Part shown: in pieces, positions 25,447-35,819 of the stretch
Position numbering within the stretch: the stretch's first letter is position 1
Layout of the letters: each line of letters starts with the position of its first letter
Source: an uncultured Verrucomicrobia subdivision 3 bacterium
Lineage (GTDB): Bacteria; Verrucomicrobiota; Verrucomicrobiia; Limisphaerales; DASXHY01
Assembly (NCBI GenBank): GCA_937890005.1
Contig: CALBZA010000026.1
Coordinates: 3,841 to 67,840 of the forward strand
Direction of reading: 5' to 3'
Length of the DNA stretch: 64,000 nt
Notes under the pieces: model-generated
The model's input: only the letters and a program-made list of their open reading frames with translations
What the model was told of the DNA's origin: nothing
Database searches by the model: none
Position numbers and translations under genes: made by a program

Positions 25447-26052
25447 TTATTCAAACTCGCTCGGGCCTGTCTGCACCGGCGCCTGGTTCTCGGGAAGCTT
25501 GCCCGGTTTCTCAAGCTTTGCGCCGCGCAGTGTGTAAATATAGCTCGCCACGGCAACGATCTGGTCGGGGCGAAGGTTGTTCTTCCACGTGACCATGCCC
25601 TTCTCCGGAACACCGTTCCAGATCACGAGCACGGTGTTGCCGAAGGTGGAGCCGTGAATCCAGTAATCGTCGGTCAGGTTCGGACCAACCAGCCCGCCGC
25701 CGTCGTTGCGATGGCACGGCGCGCACAAATTGGCGAAAAGCTGCCGGCCTTCTTCGAGAACGAGCGCGTCCGTCGATGGCTGCATTCCATCGATGCTCGA
25801 TTCGAATTTCGTCATCGCTGCGGCCTTGATCGCGGCGCCGACTTTCATTTCCTGCGCATATTCCGCGGCCATCTGGCCCTTGGTTGCGAGATCGCCCCTG
25901 GCGAACACGTGATAGTAACAAAGGTAGATCACGGAGAAGACGATCGTGCAGTAGAACAGGTACAGCCACCAGCGCGGCAGCTTGTTGTCCAGCTCGCGGA
26001 TTCCGTCAATCTCGTGTTCGAGCAGCAAAGAATCTTCTTGTTCTGGTTTCAT
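25447..26052 (-). CDS. ccoP: cbb3-type oxidase subunit III-like, mono-haem cytochrome c
   Basis: N-terminal IDGIRELDNKLPRWWLYLFY (FixP_N-like) and a single CAPCH haem-binding site. Confidence 0.8.
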   Translation of the reverse strand: MKPEQEDSLLLEHEIDGIRELDNKLPRWWLYLFYCTIVFSVIYLCYYHVFARGDLATKGQMAAEYAQEMKVGAAIKAAAMTKFESSIDGMQPSTDALVLEEGRQLFANLCAPCHRNDGGGLVGPNLTDDYWIHGSTFGNTVLVIWNGVPEKGMVTWKNNLRPDQIVAVASYIYTLRGAKLEKPGKLPENQAPVQTGPSEFE

Positions 26053-26057
26053 ATCAG

Positions 26058-26258
26058 TCAGTTCAGGTTCGGATGGGAATCATTCTTTTTCGCCGGCGCA
26101 TCATCCTCAAGCGGCAGGGCCTGCATCGCGGTGTAATACGACTTCTTCAGGCACAGCATCCAGATGGCCACCGCCACGAAGACGGTGACGAAGATCAGGA
26201 TGGAGATGACGCCGTAAACGCCGACGCCGCCAATGTGTGTGAGAACATTTTTGATCAT
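26058..26258 (-). CDS. ccoQ: CcoQ/FixQ-like small membrane subunit
   Basis: 66 aa with one TM (VYGVISILIFVTVFVAVAIWM). Lies between ccoNO and ccoP. Confidence 0.6.
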   Translation of the reverse strand: MIKNVLTHIGGVGVYGVISILIFVTVFVAVAIWMLCLKKSYYTAMQALPLEDDAPAKKNDSHPNLN

Positions 26259-26266
26259 GGTTCGTG

Positions 26267-28474
26267 TCAGTTGGCAGTTTCGGTTTGAGCCGGGGCCGGT
26301 TCAGCCGGCGCGGCCTTGATGTCGGTTCCGAGACGCTGCAGGTAGGCGATCAGCGCGATGATCTCGCGGTCGGCTTCGGCTTCCACCATGCCGGTCTTGA
26401 GATTGGCGACCACCTTCTGCTGTTGCTCGGCGAGCTCCTGTTGTGCCGGTCCGCGTTCGTATCCGTCCGGATACGGAACACCGATCTTGCGGAGTGCAAT
26501 GATGCGTCCGGGCAGCGCGTTCGTATCGAGCTTCTGCGTGAGCAGCCACGGATAACGCGGCATGATCGAGCCCGGCGAAGTCGAGGTCGGGTCGTCCATG
26601 TGGTTGTAGTGCCACGCGTCCGGATATTTGCCGCCGACGCGGTGCAGATCCGGTCCGGTGCGTTTCGATCCCCAGAGGAACGGATGATCGTAAATGTATT
26701 CGCCGGCCTTGGAATACTCGCCGTAACGCTCCGTTTCAGACCGCAGTGGACGCACCATTTGAGAATGGCAGCCGACGCAGCCTTCGCGGATGTAGATGTC
26801 GCGTCCGAGCAGTTCGAGCGGCGAATACGGTTTCACCGAGGAAATGGTCGGAACGTTCTGTTTGATCAGATAGAGCGGCACGATTTCGATCAGACCGCCG
26901 ACGAGAATCGCCACCGTGGTGAGCACGGTGAACAGAAGCGGCTTGGCTTCGAGCAGGCGATGCACGTGGCCGTGGTTTCCTTCAGCCGCAGGAGTCTTCG
27001 CAATCGGAGCCGCCTGCGCCTCGGTCTCAGGCTCGAACACACCGGCCTTCGCGGTCTTGTAGAGGTTGATGAGCATCAGCACGGCACCGACGATGTAGAG
27101 CAGGCCGCCAATCGCGCGCAGCTGATGCATCGGGATGATGCGAATGACGATTTCCAGGAAGTTCGCGTATTGGAGGAAGCCGTCCGAGTTGAACTGCTTC
27201 CACATCAGACCCTGCGTCACGCCGCTGACATAAACCGGCACGACGTAGAACATCATTCCCAGCAGCGCGATCCAGAAGTGGTAGTTGGCAAGCTTCGTGG
27301 ACCAGAGCTTCGTGTTGTAAAGGCGCGGGAAAATCCAGTAGAGCATCGAGAACGTCAGGAAGCCGTTCCAGCCGAGCGCTCCCGTGTGAACGTGCGCGAT
27401 GGTCCAGTCGGTGTAATGCGAGAGCGAATTGATGCTCTTGATCGCAAGCGTTGGACCTTCCAGCGTCGCCATGCCGTAAGCGGTGATGGCCACGACCATG
27501 AACTTCAGCATCGGATCCTGCCGCACCTTGTCCCAGGCGCCGCGCAGCGTGAGCAATCCATTCAGCATGCCGCCCCAGCTCGGAGCCACGAGCATCACCG
27601 AGAACACCATGCCGAGCGACTGCGCCCAGTCGGGCAGCGCGGTGTAAAGCAGATGATGCGGTCCTGCCCAGATGTAGAGAAAGATCAGCGCCCAGAAGTG
27701 AATGATCGAAAGGCGATAGCTGAACACCGGACGATTCGCCGCCTTGGGCAGGAAGTAATACATCAGGCCGAGATACGGCGTCGTGAGGAAGAACGCGACG
27801 GCGTTGTGGCCGTACCACCATTGCACCAGCGCGTCCTGCACGCCGGCGTACATCGAGTAGCTCTTGAACAGACTCGCCGGCATTTCGAGCGAGTTGAAGA
27901 TGTGCAGCACTGCAACCGTGATGACCGTGGCGATGTAGAACCAGATCGCCACATACATGTGCTTCTCACGGCGTTTGATGATCGTGCCGAAGAAGTTCAC
28001 GGCGAAGATCACCCAGACGACGGTGATCAACACGTCGATCGGCCATTCAAGCTCCGCATATTCCTTGCTGGTCGTCAAACCGAGCGGGAGCGTGATCGCG
28101 GCGCTGACAATGATCAGCTGCCAGCCCCAGAAATGCAGCCAGCTGAGCGTGTCATTGAACATCCGCGCTTTGCAGAGACGCTGAAGCGAATAGTAGATGC
28201 CGCAGAACATGCCGTTGCCGACGAAGGCGAAGATCACCGCGTTCGTATGCAGCGGACGAATTCGTCCGAACGTCGTGAACGGCAGGTCGAGGTTCAGTCC
28301 GGGCCAGAACAGCTGGCAGGCCACCAGCAGTCCGGCGCTGAATCCGACCAGTCCCCAGATGGCGGTGACGATCGCGAAGGCGCGGACGATCTTGTTATCG
28401 TATTTGAAGGTTTCTACCTGGGCCGAAGAAGCTCGCGGCTTCGATTCTCCCAGCGGAACAGATGCAGTACTCAT
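26267..28474 (-). CDS. ccoNO: fused cbb3-type cytochrome c oxidase subunits I+II (CcoN-CcoO)
   Basis: 735 aa. The haem-copper subunit I-like polytopic N-terminal part has HFW..., HHLLYT and HVHTGALGW. The C-terminal part has CVGCHSQMVRP and WHYNHMDDP, typical of CcoO. Confidence 0.9.
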   Translation of the reverse strand: MSTASVPLGESKPRASSAQVETFKYDNKIVRAFAIVTAIWGLVGFSAGLLVACQLFWPGLNLDLPFTTFGRIRPLHTNAVIFAFVGNGMFCGIYYSLQRLCKARMFNDTLSWLHFWGWQLIIVSAAITLPLGLTTSKEYAELEWPIDVLITVVWVIFAVNFFGTIIKRREKHMYVAIWFYIATVITVAVLHIFNSLEMPASLFKSYSMYAGVQDALVQWWYGHNAVAFFLTTPYLGLMYYFLPKAANRPVFSYRLSIIHFWALIFLYIWAGPHHLLYTALPDWAQSLGMVFSVMLVAPSWGGMLNGLLTLRGAWDKVRQDPMLKFMVVAITAYGMATLEGPTLAIKSINSLSHYTDWTIAHVHTGALGWNGFLTFSMLYWIFPRLYNTKLWSTKLANYHFWIALLGMMFYVVPVYVSGVTQGLMWKQFNSDGFLQYANFLEIVIRIIPMHQLRAIGGLLYIVGAVLMLINLYKTAKAGVFEPETEAQAAPIAKTPAAEGNHGHVHRLLEAKPLLFTVLTTVAILVGGLIEIVPLYLIKQNVPTISSVKPYSPLELLGRDIYIREGCVGCHSQMVRPLRSETERYGEYSKAGEYIYDHPFLWGSKRTGPDLHRVGGKYPDAWHYNHMDDPTSTSPGSIMPRYPWLLTQKLDTNALPGRIIALRKIGVPYPDGYERGPAQQELAEQQQKVVANLKTGMVEAEADREIIALIAYLQRLGTDIKAAPAEPAPAQTETAN

Positions 28475-28517
28475 GGTTTTTGCTTGGGTGCTGAAAAGGT
28501 TTCGAATCGGAAAATGT

Positions 28518-28748
28518 TCATTGAGCCGTCGGGTTTATCTCGCTGTGACTGCCGGCTTCGCGGTTGCGGGTTTCCTCCCGTCGATTGTTGCTGCGGACCA
28601 CGGCCCGCGCCGGTTCATCCGCGAGAACGCGCATGGACGGGGTCAGCGTGTCTTCGAACTGGCCCGATTTCACTGCCCAGATGAATCCACCGAGGAACAA
28701 CAATGCCATTGCCAGGCTGGCGAGAATCAGGATCAGGATAACGCTCAT
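28518..28748 (-). CDS. ccoS: cbb3 oxidase maturation protein CcoS
   Basis: MSVILILILASLAMALLFLGGFIWAVKSGQFEDTLTP is the typical CcoS N-terminus. Overlaps the ccoI stop. Confidence 0.8.
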   Translation of the reverse strand: MSVILILILASLAMALLFLGGFIWAVKSGQFEDTLTPSMRVLADEPARAVVRSNNRREETRNREAGSHSEINPTAQ

Positions 28749-31291
28749 TTCAAACCTCCCGCGGCGGTCTCAACTGCTGAATCGAATTTCAAACCACTGC
28801 GTTTCGCAGCCCAGCTCGTGGCGCCGCACGCAAAGAGAACCACCGTGAATGAACTCACCGGCATCAGGACCGCGCAAATGATCGGAGCCAGAAGTCCCGC
28901 CGCGGCGATGCTGATTCCAATCACGTTGTACGCGCTGGAGATCGCGAACCCGGCCCGCACGATCCGCGTCGCCCGCCGCGCAAAATTCAAAAACTGGAAC
29001 AGCTCCGGAACACGCTTCGCATCCAGGATCATGTCGCTCGCAGGCGAAAACGCGCCGACCTTTTCCACCACAGCGACACCGACGTCGCTTTGCTTCAGCG
29101 CACCGGCATCGTTCAAACCGTCGCCCACCATCATCACGGTTTTGCCGGATTCCTGGAGCCGCCGAATGAAGCCCAGTTTGTCGAGCGGAGTCTGGTTGAA
29201 GTTCAACTTCGCCGAACTGCCGAACAAGGAACTGAAACGTTCACGCTCGCGTTCGTTGTCGCCGCTGAGCAGCGCAATTTCGTAGCGATCGGCGAGCTTC
29301 CGCAGCATCACGTCGGCTTCTGGACGAAGCGAACTCGCGAGCAGAAAACAGCCGCGATACCGGCCATCGATGGCAACGTGCACCGCGCTCCCCAGCTCTG
29401 CCGGAATTTGCATTGCGGAAATTCCGTTTGCGGCAAACCACGCCGCCGATCCGAGCCGGATCGCATGTCCGTTCACGACACCTTCAATGCCGCAGCCGAT
29501 GGTTTCGTTGAAGTTCGAGACATCGAGCAACGTGTGCCGGCCGGCAAGTGACTCATGCAGACGTGAAGAATGCGGATGCGCCGAATGATGCGTGAGCGAG
29601 AAAATCCACGCCTGTTCATCAGCACTGAGCGGCGTACTGGATTCAATGAAGCGCACGGCGTTCACGCCCGCCGAGGTGAGCGTTCCGGTCTTGTCGAACA
29701 CGATTGCGTCCACGCGCGCCATCCGTTCAAGCACATGAATGTTCTTGAGAAACGCACTCGCCTTCGCGAACCAGCGCTGCGCGGTGCCGAGTGTGAAAGG
29801 CGCCGCGAGAGCGAGCGCGCACGGGCACGCAACAATCAGGACCGAGGTGAACGACTTGAGCCCGCGGGCGGCGTCGCCACGGAAAATCCAGAATGCCAGC
29901 GCGCCGAGCGCAACCGTGATCACGATCCCGATGAATCGCCGGCTGAAAATGTTGCTGAGCGAATCGAGCGTTTCATCCCGTTGTTTTCGGAACGTCTCGT
30001 GATTCCACAGCGAGGTGAGGTAGCTCTGCGAAACGGCTTTGACCGTTTCGACTTCGATCGCAGCGCCCACCTGCTGTCCGCCCGCATAGAGATAATCACC
30101 GGCAGCTTTGGCGACCGGTTCAGATTCGCCGGTGACGAAGCTGTAGTCGATGAATGCCGGGCCGCTGATCAGCTTCGCATCGGCGGGAATGATTTCTCCG
30201 TTGCGAACAACGATGCGATCGCTGACTTCGAGTTGAGAAATCGAAACGCATTCTTCGATCGTTTCACCGCTTTCCGCCGAACGCTTGCGCACGACCGACA
30301 ACGGGAAGAACGACTTGTAATCGCGGTCAAACGCCATTCGTTCCTGCGTCTTCTGCTGAAACGCACGTCCGCAAAGCAGGAAGAAAATCAGTCCGCACAG
30401 TGAATCGAAGTAGCCTTCGCCGGTTCGGGTGACGATCTCGTAAATGCTCTGGCCGTAGATGGCGACGAGCCCGAGCGCAATCGGAATGTCCAGTGTTGCC
30501 ACGCGCTGCCGGATGGAAAGCCACGCGGACTTCCAGTAATCGCCCGCGCTGAACGTCACGACAGGAAAGGCCAGCACCAGACTCAGCCAGCCGAACAGCG
30601 CCTTGAATGCGGGTCCGTTGAAGCTGTCCAGGCCGAAGTATTGCGGGATGCTGAACAGCATGATGTTGCCGAAGGCGAATCCCGCCAGACCGATCTGAAG
30701 CCACTGACGCCGGCGGCCCGGATTCACAGCGCGCTTTTCAAGTTCGCCGAAAGTGAGCGCCGGTTCGTAACCGATCGACGCCAGAAGCGCGACCACTTCG
30801 CTGAACCTGATCTTGTCCGGCGTAAACGTGAGCGCCACTTCGCGGCGCGGAAAATTCACGGTCGATTGTCCGATGCCCGGATGCAGTCGAAAGAGATTTT
30901 CAAGGAGCCAGACGCAGGCGACGCAATGAATCGCCGGGATATGCAGCGTCACGCGACTCTGAACGCCGTCGGTAAAATCGAGCAGCTTCTGCTGCATTGC
31001 AGGCTCGTCGAGAAACGACCATTGATCCGCGCTCGATTTGCGGCGCATCTGCACGCCGGGATGGCGTGTGAGGGAGTAAAATTGATCCAGGCCGTTTTCG
31101 GTCAGCAGATCGTGAACGACCATGCAGCCCTGACAGCAGAACGCCTTTTCCGATTTCGAAAAACTGGAGTCACGACACGGCTCGCCGCAGTGGAAGCAGC
31201 TCGGGACGCTTGTGGCGTCCGCGCGTTCCGCGGCATTCAGGGCCAGTGCGGCGAATCCCGCGGCTTGAGGTTCTGTCAGCGACTCGTTCAA
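28745..31291 (-). CDS. ccoI: copper-translocating P1B-type ATPase CcoI/FixI
   Basis: Has the CPC motif (IVACPCALALAAP), DKTGTLT, MVGDGLNDAGAL, and N-terminal Cys motifs CFHCGEPC and CCQGC. Confidence 0.9.
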   Translation of the reverse strand: MNESLTEPQAAGFAALALNAAERADATSVPSCFHCGEPCRDSSFSKSEKAFCCQGCMVVHDLLTENGLDQFYSLTRHPGVQMRRKSSADQWSFLDEPAMQQKLLDFTDGVQSRVTLHIPAIHCVACVWLLENLFRLHPGIGQSTVNFPRREVALTFTPDKIRFSEVVALLASIGYEPALTFGELEKRAVNPGRRRQWLQIGLAGFAFGNIMLFSIPQYFGLDSFNGPAFKALFGWLSLVLAFPVVTFSAGDYWKSAWLSIRQRVATLDIPIALGLVAIYGQSIYEIVTRTGEGYFDSLCGLIFFLLCGRAFQQKTQERMAFDRDYKSFFPLSVVRKRSAESGETIEECVSISQLEVSDRIVVRNGEIIPADAKLISGPAFIDYSFVTGESEPVAKAAGDYLYAGGQQVGAAIEVETVKAVSQSYLTSLWNHETFRKQRDETLDSLSNIFSRRFIGIVITVALGALAFWIFRGDAARGLKSFTSVLIVACPCALALAAPFTLGTAQRWFAKASAFLKNIHVLERMARVDAIVFDKTGTLTSAGVNAVRFIESSTPLSADEQAWIFSLTHHSAHPHSSRLHESLAGRHTLLDVSNFNETIGCGIEGVVNGHAIRLGSAAWFAANGISAMQIPAELGSAVHVAIDGRYRGCFLLASSLRPEADVMLRKLADRYEIALLSGDNERERERFSSLFGSSAKLNFNQTPLDKLGFIRRLQESGKTVMMVGDGLNDAGALKQSDVGVAVVEKVGAFSPASDMILDAKRVPELFQFLNFARRATRIVRAGFAISSAYNVIGISIAAAGLLAPIICAVLMPVSSFTVVLFACGATSWAAKRSGLKFDSAVETAAGGLK

Positions 31292-31730
31292 ATTCGATCC
31301 GGCAAAGACGGAAACGCGGCGTCATTGCCTGTCGTTTCATCAATTTGCTGATACTAACAACTCTTACTCCTTCGGCCCGGGCAAAAGCTTCCCATCCCTT
31401 GCTCAAGCGTGGACATTTTTTGACTAGTGACGGTTGGGACTGGCGCTCGCGGAGGAGGCGATGCGTGCGAAAATGCGCCGGAAGATGGCGTCCATTCGGC
31501 GGTGGGACGATTCTTTTGCGCGATTGTTTTCCTCCAAAATTTCCAACTACGAACCGGCTGAAAATTGTCTCAGTGGTTTCGGCGCACCAAATTTTGGTCG
31601 TCGCAAACCGGGACTTTCCTCCTCGGATAGCAGGTGAAACCCTTACGCGTTTCACCGCAAAACTGCCGCCTTGCCCGTGCCATGGTCGCGTCGTATAACT
31701 CCCGTGAAATTCGACCAGAAGGATTCAAAT

Positions 31731-33038
31731 ATGTCACAAACCGGGCGACAGTCCGTCAACACGAGCAACGTTCTTTCGGTGATCATGGGTGGTGGACAAG
31801 GGACGAGGCTGTTCCCGCTGACAAAGGAACGCGCCAAACCGGCAGTGCCGCTCGCGGGCAAATACCGGATCGTCGATATCCCGATTTCCAACTGCATCAA
31901 CTCCGGTCTCCGACGCGTTTACCTCCTCACTCAGTTCAATTCCGCCTCGCTGCACCGGCACATCGCACAGTCCTACAAGTTTGATCATTTCTCCGGAGGC
32001 TTCGTGGAAATCCTCGCCGCCGAGCAGACCTACACCGACGCCTCGTGGTATCAGGGAACGGCCGACGCCGTGCGGAAAAACCTGATCCACTTTCTGAACC
32101 ATGACTTCGAATATCTGCTGATTCTGAGCGGCGACCAGCTTTACCGGATGGATTACCGGCAGATCATTCATCAGCACGCGGAAAGTCAGGCAGACATCAC
32201 GATCGCAATGATTCCCGTGTCGCGTCGCGAATCGCAGGCATTTGGCATCATGCAGGTGAACGAGGATCTACGCGTCACGCGGTTCGTCGAAAAGCCCAAG
32301 GATCCCGCATTGCAGGATTCGCTGCGCCTGCCGCAGGAATGGTATCCGAAACTGGGCATCCAGGATGGACGCGAACTGTTTCTGGCTTCGATGGGCATCT
32401 ACGTGTTTTCGCGGGACGTCGTCCGAAACCTGCTGGACAATACACTCGCCGATTTCGGAAAGCACATCATCCCGAGCGCGATCGAGACGCATCGGGTGTT
32501 CGCGCACGTGTTTCAAGGCTACTGGGAGGACATCGGAACGATTCGCTCCTTCTTCGACGCCAACCTCGACGTCACATCTGAACTGCCGCGGTTCAACTTC
32601 TTCGACATGGCCGCACCGATCTTTACACGCCCTCGCTTCCTGCCGGGATCAAAGATCAATGGCGCGCACATCGACCACGCAGTCATCTCCGACGGCTGCA
32701 TTCTGAACCATGCCCGCATCAGCAACAGCATTGTGGGCGTGCGAAGCATTGTCGGGGCCGGCACGGAACTTAATCGCGTCGTTCTGCTGGGCTGCGATTA
32801 CTACGAATCTCACGAGTCCATCCGCTCGAATGAAGCCGCCGGACGTCCACGCATCGGAATCGGCACCAACACACGCATCGAGAACGCAATCATCGATAAG
32901 AACGCCCGCATCGGAAACAACGTCGTGATTACGCCTGCCGGAAAGCCTGAGAACGCCGATCATCCGCTCTATTACATTCGCGATGGCATTGTGATCATTC
33001 CGAAAAGCGGAGTTGTTCCGCACGGCACCGTCATCTAA
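31731..33038 (+). CDS. glgC: glucose-1-phosphate adenylyltransferase
   Basis: VIMGGGQGTRLFPLTKERAKPAVPLAGKYRIVDIPISNCINSG, plus a C-terminal left-handed beta-helix region. The ATG at 31731 lies inside track ORF 31671. Confidence 0.9.
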   Translation: MSQTGRQSVNTSNVLSVIMGGGQGTRLFPLTKERAKPAVPLAGKYRIVDIPISNCINSGLRRVYLLTQFNSASLHRHIAQSYKFDHFSGGFVEILAAEQTYTDASWYQGTADAVRKNLIHFLNHDFEYLLILSGDQLYRMDYRQIIHQHAESQADITIAMIPVSRRESQAFGIMQVNEDLRVTRFVEKPKDPALQDSLRLPQEWYPKLGIQDGRELFLASMGIYVFSRDVVRNLLDNTLADFGKHIIPSAIETHRVFAHVFQGYWEDIGTIRSFFDANLDVTSELPRFNFFDMAAPIFTRPRFLPGSKINGAHIDHAVISDGCILNHARISNSIVGVRSIVGAGTELNRVVLLGCDYYESHESIRSNEAAGRPRIGIGTNTRIENAIIDKNARIGNNVVITPAGKPENADHPLYYIRDGIVIIPKSGVVPHGTVI

Positions 33039-33162
33039 AGACTGCCCCGTCTTCAAACAAACAGTTGCAGGAGCGACGGCACTGTAGAGAATAGGAAGCC
33101 ATGATCATCGCCTTGAAACTCATCGTCGCCATGGTTTTCGGATACTTTATCATGCTGGCGTT

Positions 33163-33552
33163 GTGAAGCGGTTTGGCTATCTCCGCGATCCGCTGTTCCT
33201 CACGACATGTTCGCTCTACGCGCTGAACCGTTGGCTCGTCAAACCGCATGTACACAGTTCGTTTCTGCGGTTTCATTTCAACGATCTTCTGCTCATTCCC
33301 TGCGCACTGCCGCCGCTTCTGCTGTTGCAACGTCTGCTTGGACTGCGCCAATGCGATCAATCTCCGTCCGTCAGTGAAATCCTTCTCTACACAACGGTCT
33401 GGTCCCTGTTGTTTGAAGTCGTCGGACCGCATCTGGTGCGTCGCGCCACCGGCGATCTCATGGACATCGTGATGTATTTCTGCGGCGCGATCCTTGCCGG
33501 ACTGTGGTGGCACCGGCATCGGTTGGCCCGCCGGTTTGGTCATGAGCTTTGA
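33163..33552 (+). CDS. hypothetical membrane protein
   Basis: 129 aa, GTG start, several hydrophobic spans. Confidence 0.45.
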   Translation: MKRFGYLRDPLFLTTCSLYALNRWLVKPHVHSSFLRFHFNDLLLIPCALPPLLLLQRLLGLRQCDQSPSVSEILLYTTVWSLLFEVVGPHLVRRATGDLMDIVMYFCGAILAGLWWHRHRLARRFGHEL

Positions 33553-34180
33553 TCGGCTCGCGCCTCATTATCGCTGGATGGAGTTTCTTGGCTCCGGCCA
33601 AAAGCTGCATCGCTGCCGGACTCACTTTCTTTCGGAACTTCGCTTCGCCAGGCGCATCCTGATTCTCGGCGAAGGTTACGGACGTTTTCTCGCTGATTGC
33701 TGTCGCACGAATCCTGAAGCGCAGATCACGGTAGTCGATGCCAGCCAGCGAATGCTTGCGCTCGCCCAGGAGCGGCTTCATAGAAACGGTTTGTCGGCCG
33801 ACAACATCACGTTCATTCACGCTGATGCGCTGGAATGGAATACTTCCGAACGTTTCGACGCGGTTGTGACTCTCTTCTTTCTCGACTGTTTCCGACGCGA
33901 ACAATTGGAACAACTGATTCCAAAGCTCGCGTCGCTGGCTAACGCCGAAGCGACCTGGCTGATCTCAGACTTTCGCGAGCCGCCATCGGGATTTCGACGC
34001 CTCCGCGCACGGCTGATTCTCTGGAGTCTCTATACCTTCTTCCGCATCACCACCGGCATCGCTGCAGATCGAATCGTTCCGCCCGATTCGTTGCTTGAGG
34101 CCAGCGGTTTTCGACTGCATCAACGTCATTTGACCGATTGGGACCTGCTCTACTCTGATTGTTGGAAGCGCGTCATCTGA
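33542..34180 (+). CDS. class I SAM-dependent methyltransferase
   Basis: ILILGEGYGRFL (motif I-like) and AVVTLFFLDCF. The ATG at 33542 lies inside track ORF 33494. Confidence 0.7.
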   Translation: MSFDRLAPHYRWMEFLGSGQKLHRCRTHFLSELRFARRILILGEGYGRFLADCCRTNPEAQITVVDASQRMLALAQERLHRNGLSADNITFIHADALEWNTSERFDAVVTLFFLDCFRREQLEQLIPKLASLANAEATWLISDFREPPSGFRRLRARLILWSLYTFFRITTGIAADRIVPPDSLLEASGFRLHQRHLTDWDLLYSDCWKRVI

Positions 34181-34232
34181 GGCTTTGAAAAATTCCCGGG
34201 CGCGCTACATTGCCGGAAATCCGCACAAACCT

Positions 34233-35009
34233 ATGAAACACATACTGTCATCCTTTGCCCTGGCTGCTCTGGTCACCTTTACCGCATCCGCTCAGGATTG
34301 GGCGAAAGCCAGAATGGAAAAATCGCCACGTCACCTTGAGTGGATCAAAATCAAAAGCGGCGAACGTGAGGTCAGTTCCTTCATCGCCTTTCCTGAAGTA
34401 AAGGAAAAGGCAACCGCGGTGATTGTGATCCATGAGATTTTCGGACTTACCGACTGGGTTCGAGGCGTGACGGATCAACTGGCTGAAGCGGGTTACATCG
34501 CCATCGCCCCGGATTTCCTCACCGGCACACCCGGCGCAAGCGGTGGCGATGCGGCCCGCACCGCGATCCGATCATTGTCTGCAGAACAGATCACCGCCGA
34601 TCTGGAAGCTGCCGTCAAATACGCTGCGTCCCTGCCCGCCTGCAACGGGAAGGTGGTGGTCGCAGGATTCTGTTGGGGTGGAAAACAGGCGTTCGAATTC
34701 GCCACGAAGAACAAGGACATCAAAGCTTCCTTCGTCTTTTACGGCGACGCCGCTTCGGACAGTTCCATGAAAAGCATCACATGTCCCGTGTACGGTTTTT
34801 ACGGCGAGAACGATGCGCGAATCACCGCTGCGGTGCCCAAAGTGACGGAATCAATGAAAGCTGCGGAGAAGAAGTTCGAGCCGGTCACCTACGATGGCGC
34901 GGGTCACGGTTTCATGCGGGCGGGAGAAGCTCCCGATGCCAGCGAAGCGAACAAAAAAGCGCGTGAAGAAGCGTGGAAACGCTGGAAGGAGATCCTCGGG
35001 AAAATTTGA
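34233..35009 (+). CDS. dienelactone hydrolase family protein (secreted)
   Basis: Signal peptide MKHILSSFALAALVTFTASAQD, then IHEIFGL, the nucleophile elbow GFCWGG, and GAGHGF. Confidence 0.85.
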   Translation: MKHILSSFALAALVTFTASAQDWAKARMEKSPRHLEWIKIKSGEREVSSFIAFPEVKEKATAVIVIHEIFGLTDWVRGVTDQLAEAGYIAIAPDFLTGTPGASGGDAARTAIRSLSAEQITADLEAAVKYAASLPACNGKVVVAGFCWGGKQAFEFATKNKDIKASFVFYGDAASDSSMKSITCPVYGFYGENDARITAAVPKVTESMKAAEKKFEPVTYDGAGHGFMRAGEAPDASEANKKAREEAWKRWKEILGKI

Positions 35010-35036
35010 TTCGTTACGACGATCAATGACCTGCCC

Positions 35037-35063
35037 GGGCGCGGAATCCACCGCGCCCTTTTT
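35037..35063 (+). terminator. rho-independent terminator (GGGCGCGG-AATCCA-CCGCGCCC-TTTTT)
   Basis: Perfect 8-bp GC stem followed by a T-run. Confidence 0.8.
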
Positions 35064-35193
35064 GTAACTCAGACGACTTCCTTCCAACGATCCGAAAGGC
35101 TGTCACTGGAAAAAACTGCCCGGATCCCTTGCCGAGACAAGGGAGAAGAAGACAACGCGCTGAGCCGGGAGTTAACGGCTGTGAAGCCAGCCG

Positions 35194-35628
35194 TTATTTT
35201 GCCTGTGCGAACAGCATGAACACGCGCGGACCGCGAGCCGTCATCAGCTGATAACGCTCTTCATCCGGCCCGCTTGGAACAGCCAGACCGTCGCTATTCC
35301 GGTCGTTCACCGGCTGTCCGTTTACGAGAATCATGTAGTGATGAGTCTTGTTCCCGGGGATTGAATCGATGGTCGCATGCCACGCCGGACTGGTTTTGTC
35401 GCGTTGCATTGTGACCTTTTGCCAACCTGTAAAAGAGCCAACGATCTCAACTTTTTCCGGAGGTTCGGGATGTCCATCGGGCAGGCACCAGCGAAATACC
35501 TTTGAGTAAGTCTGCTGATTCTGAGGCCGCGAATGGGACATGGGAGAACGGGAGGAATGATCCGGAACCGATGTTGCACCGTTATTTACAGTCTTCTGTC
35601 CGAGTTTTTTAATGATACCACTGAACAT
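35194..35628 (-). CDS. CBM48/AMPK-beta-like glycogen-binding domain protein
   Basis: VFRWCLPDGHPEPPEKVEIVGSFTGWQKVTMQRD...HHYMILVNGQPVND matches the AMPK1_CBM pattern. Confidence 0.65.
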   Translation of the reverse strand: MFSGIIKKLGQKTVNNGATSVPDHSSRSPMSHSRPQNQQTYSKVFRWCLPDGHPEPPEKVEIVGSFTGWQKVTMQRDKTSPAWHATIDSIPGNKTHHYMILVNGQPVNDRNSDGLAVPSGPDEERYQLMTARGPRVFMLFAQAK

Positions 35629-35819
35629 AGTGCGAGCCGTAGATTATTCCACCGTCTGCGAAATGAGCAAACCGAAACACTCCTGATTGACAGAAATTAT
35701 TTCATCACACGAATGGATGATTCTCGCGTGCCTTTTTGAAGTGGAATTCAGCTGAACGTTGCAGATCGGTATATGAAAAAGCTAGCGACCCTTCCAACGA
35801 TCCGAATACTGGGCGGCTT

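Noticed and set aside
26264-28684. 806-aa plus-strand ORF opposite ccoNO
   Set aside because: It is the antisense shadow of a clearly homologous cbb3 subunit gene. Its R/H/G/D-rich low-complexity translation has no motifs, which is typical of high-GC DNA.
31330-31360. Possible FNR/FixK box upstream of the cbb3 operon (ATCAATTTGCTGAT)
   Set aside because: The arms and spacing do not match TTGAT-N4-ATCAA, and I found no better candidate by eye.
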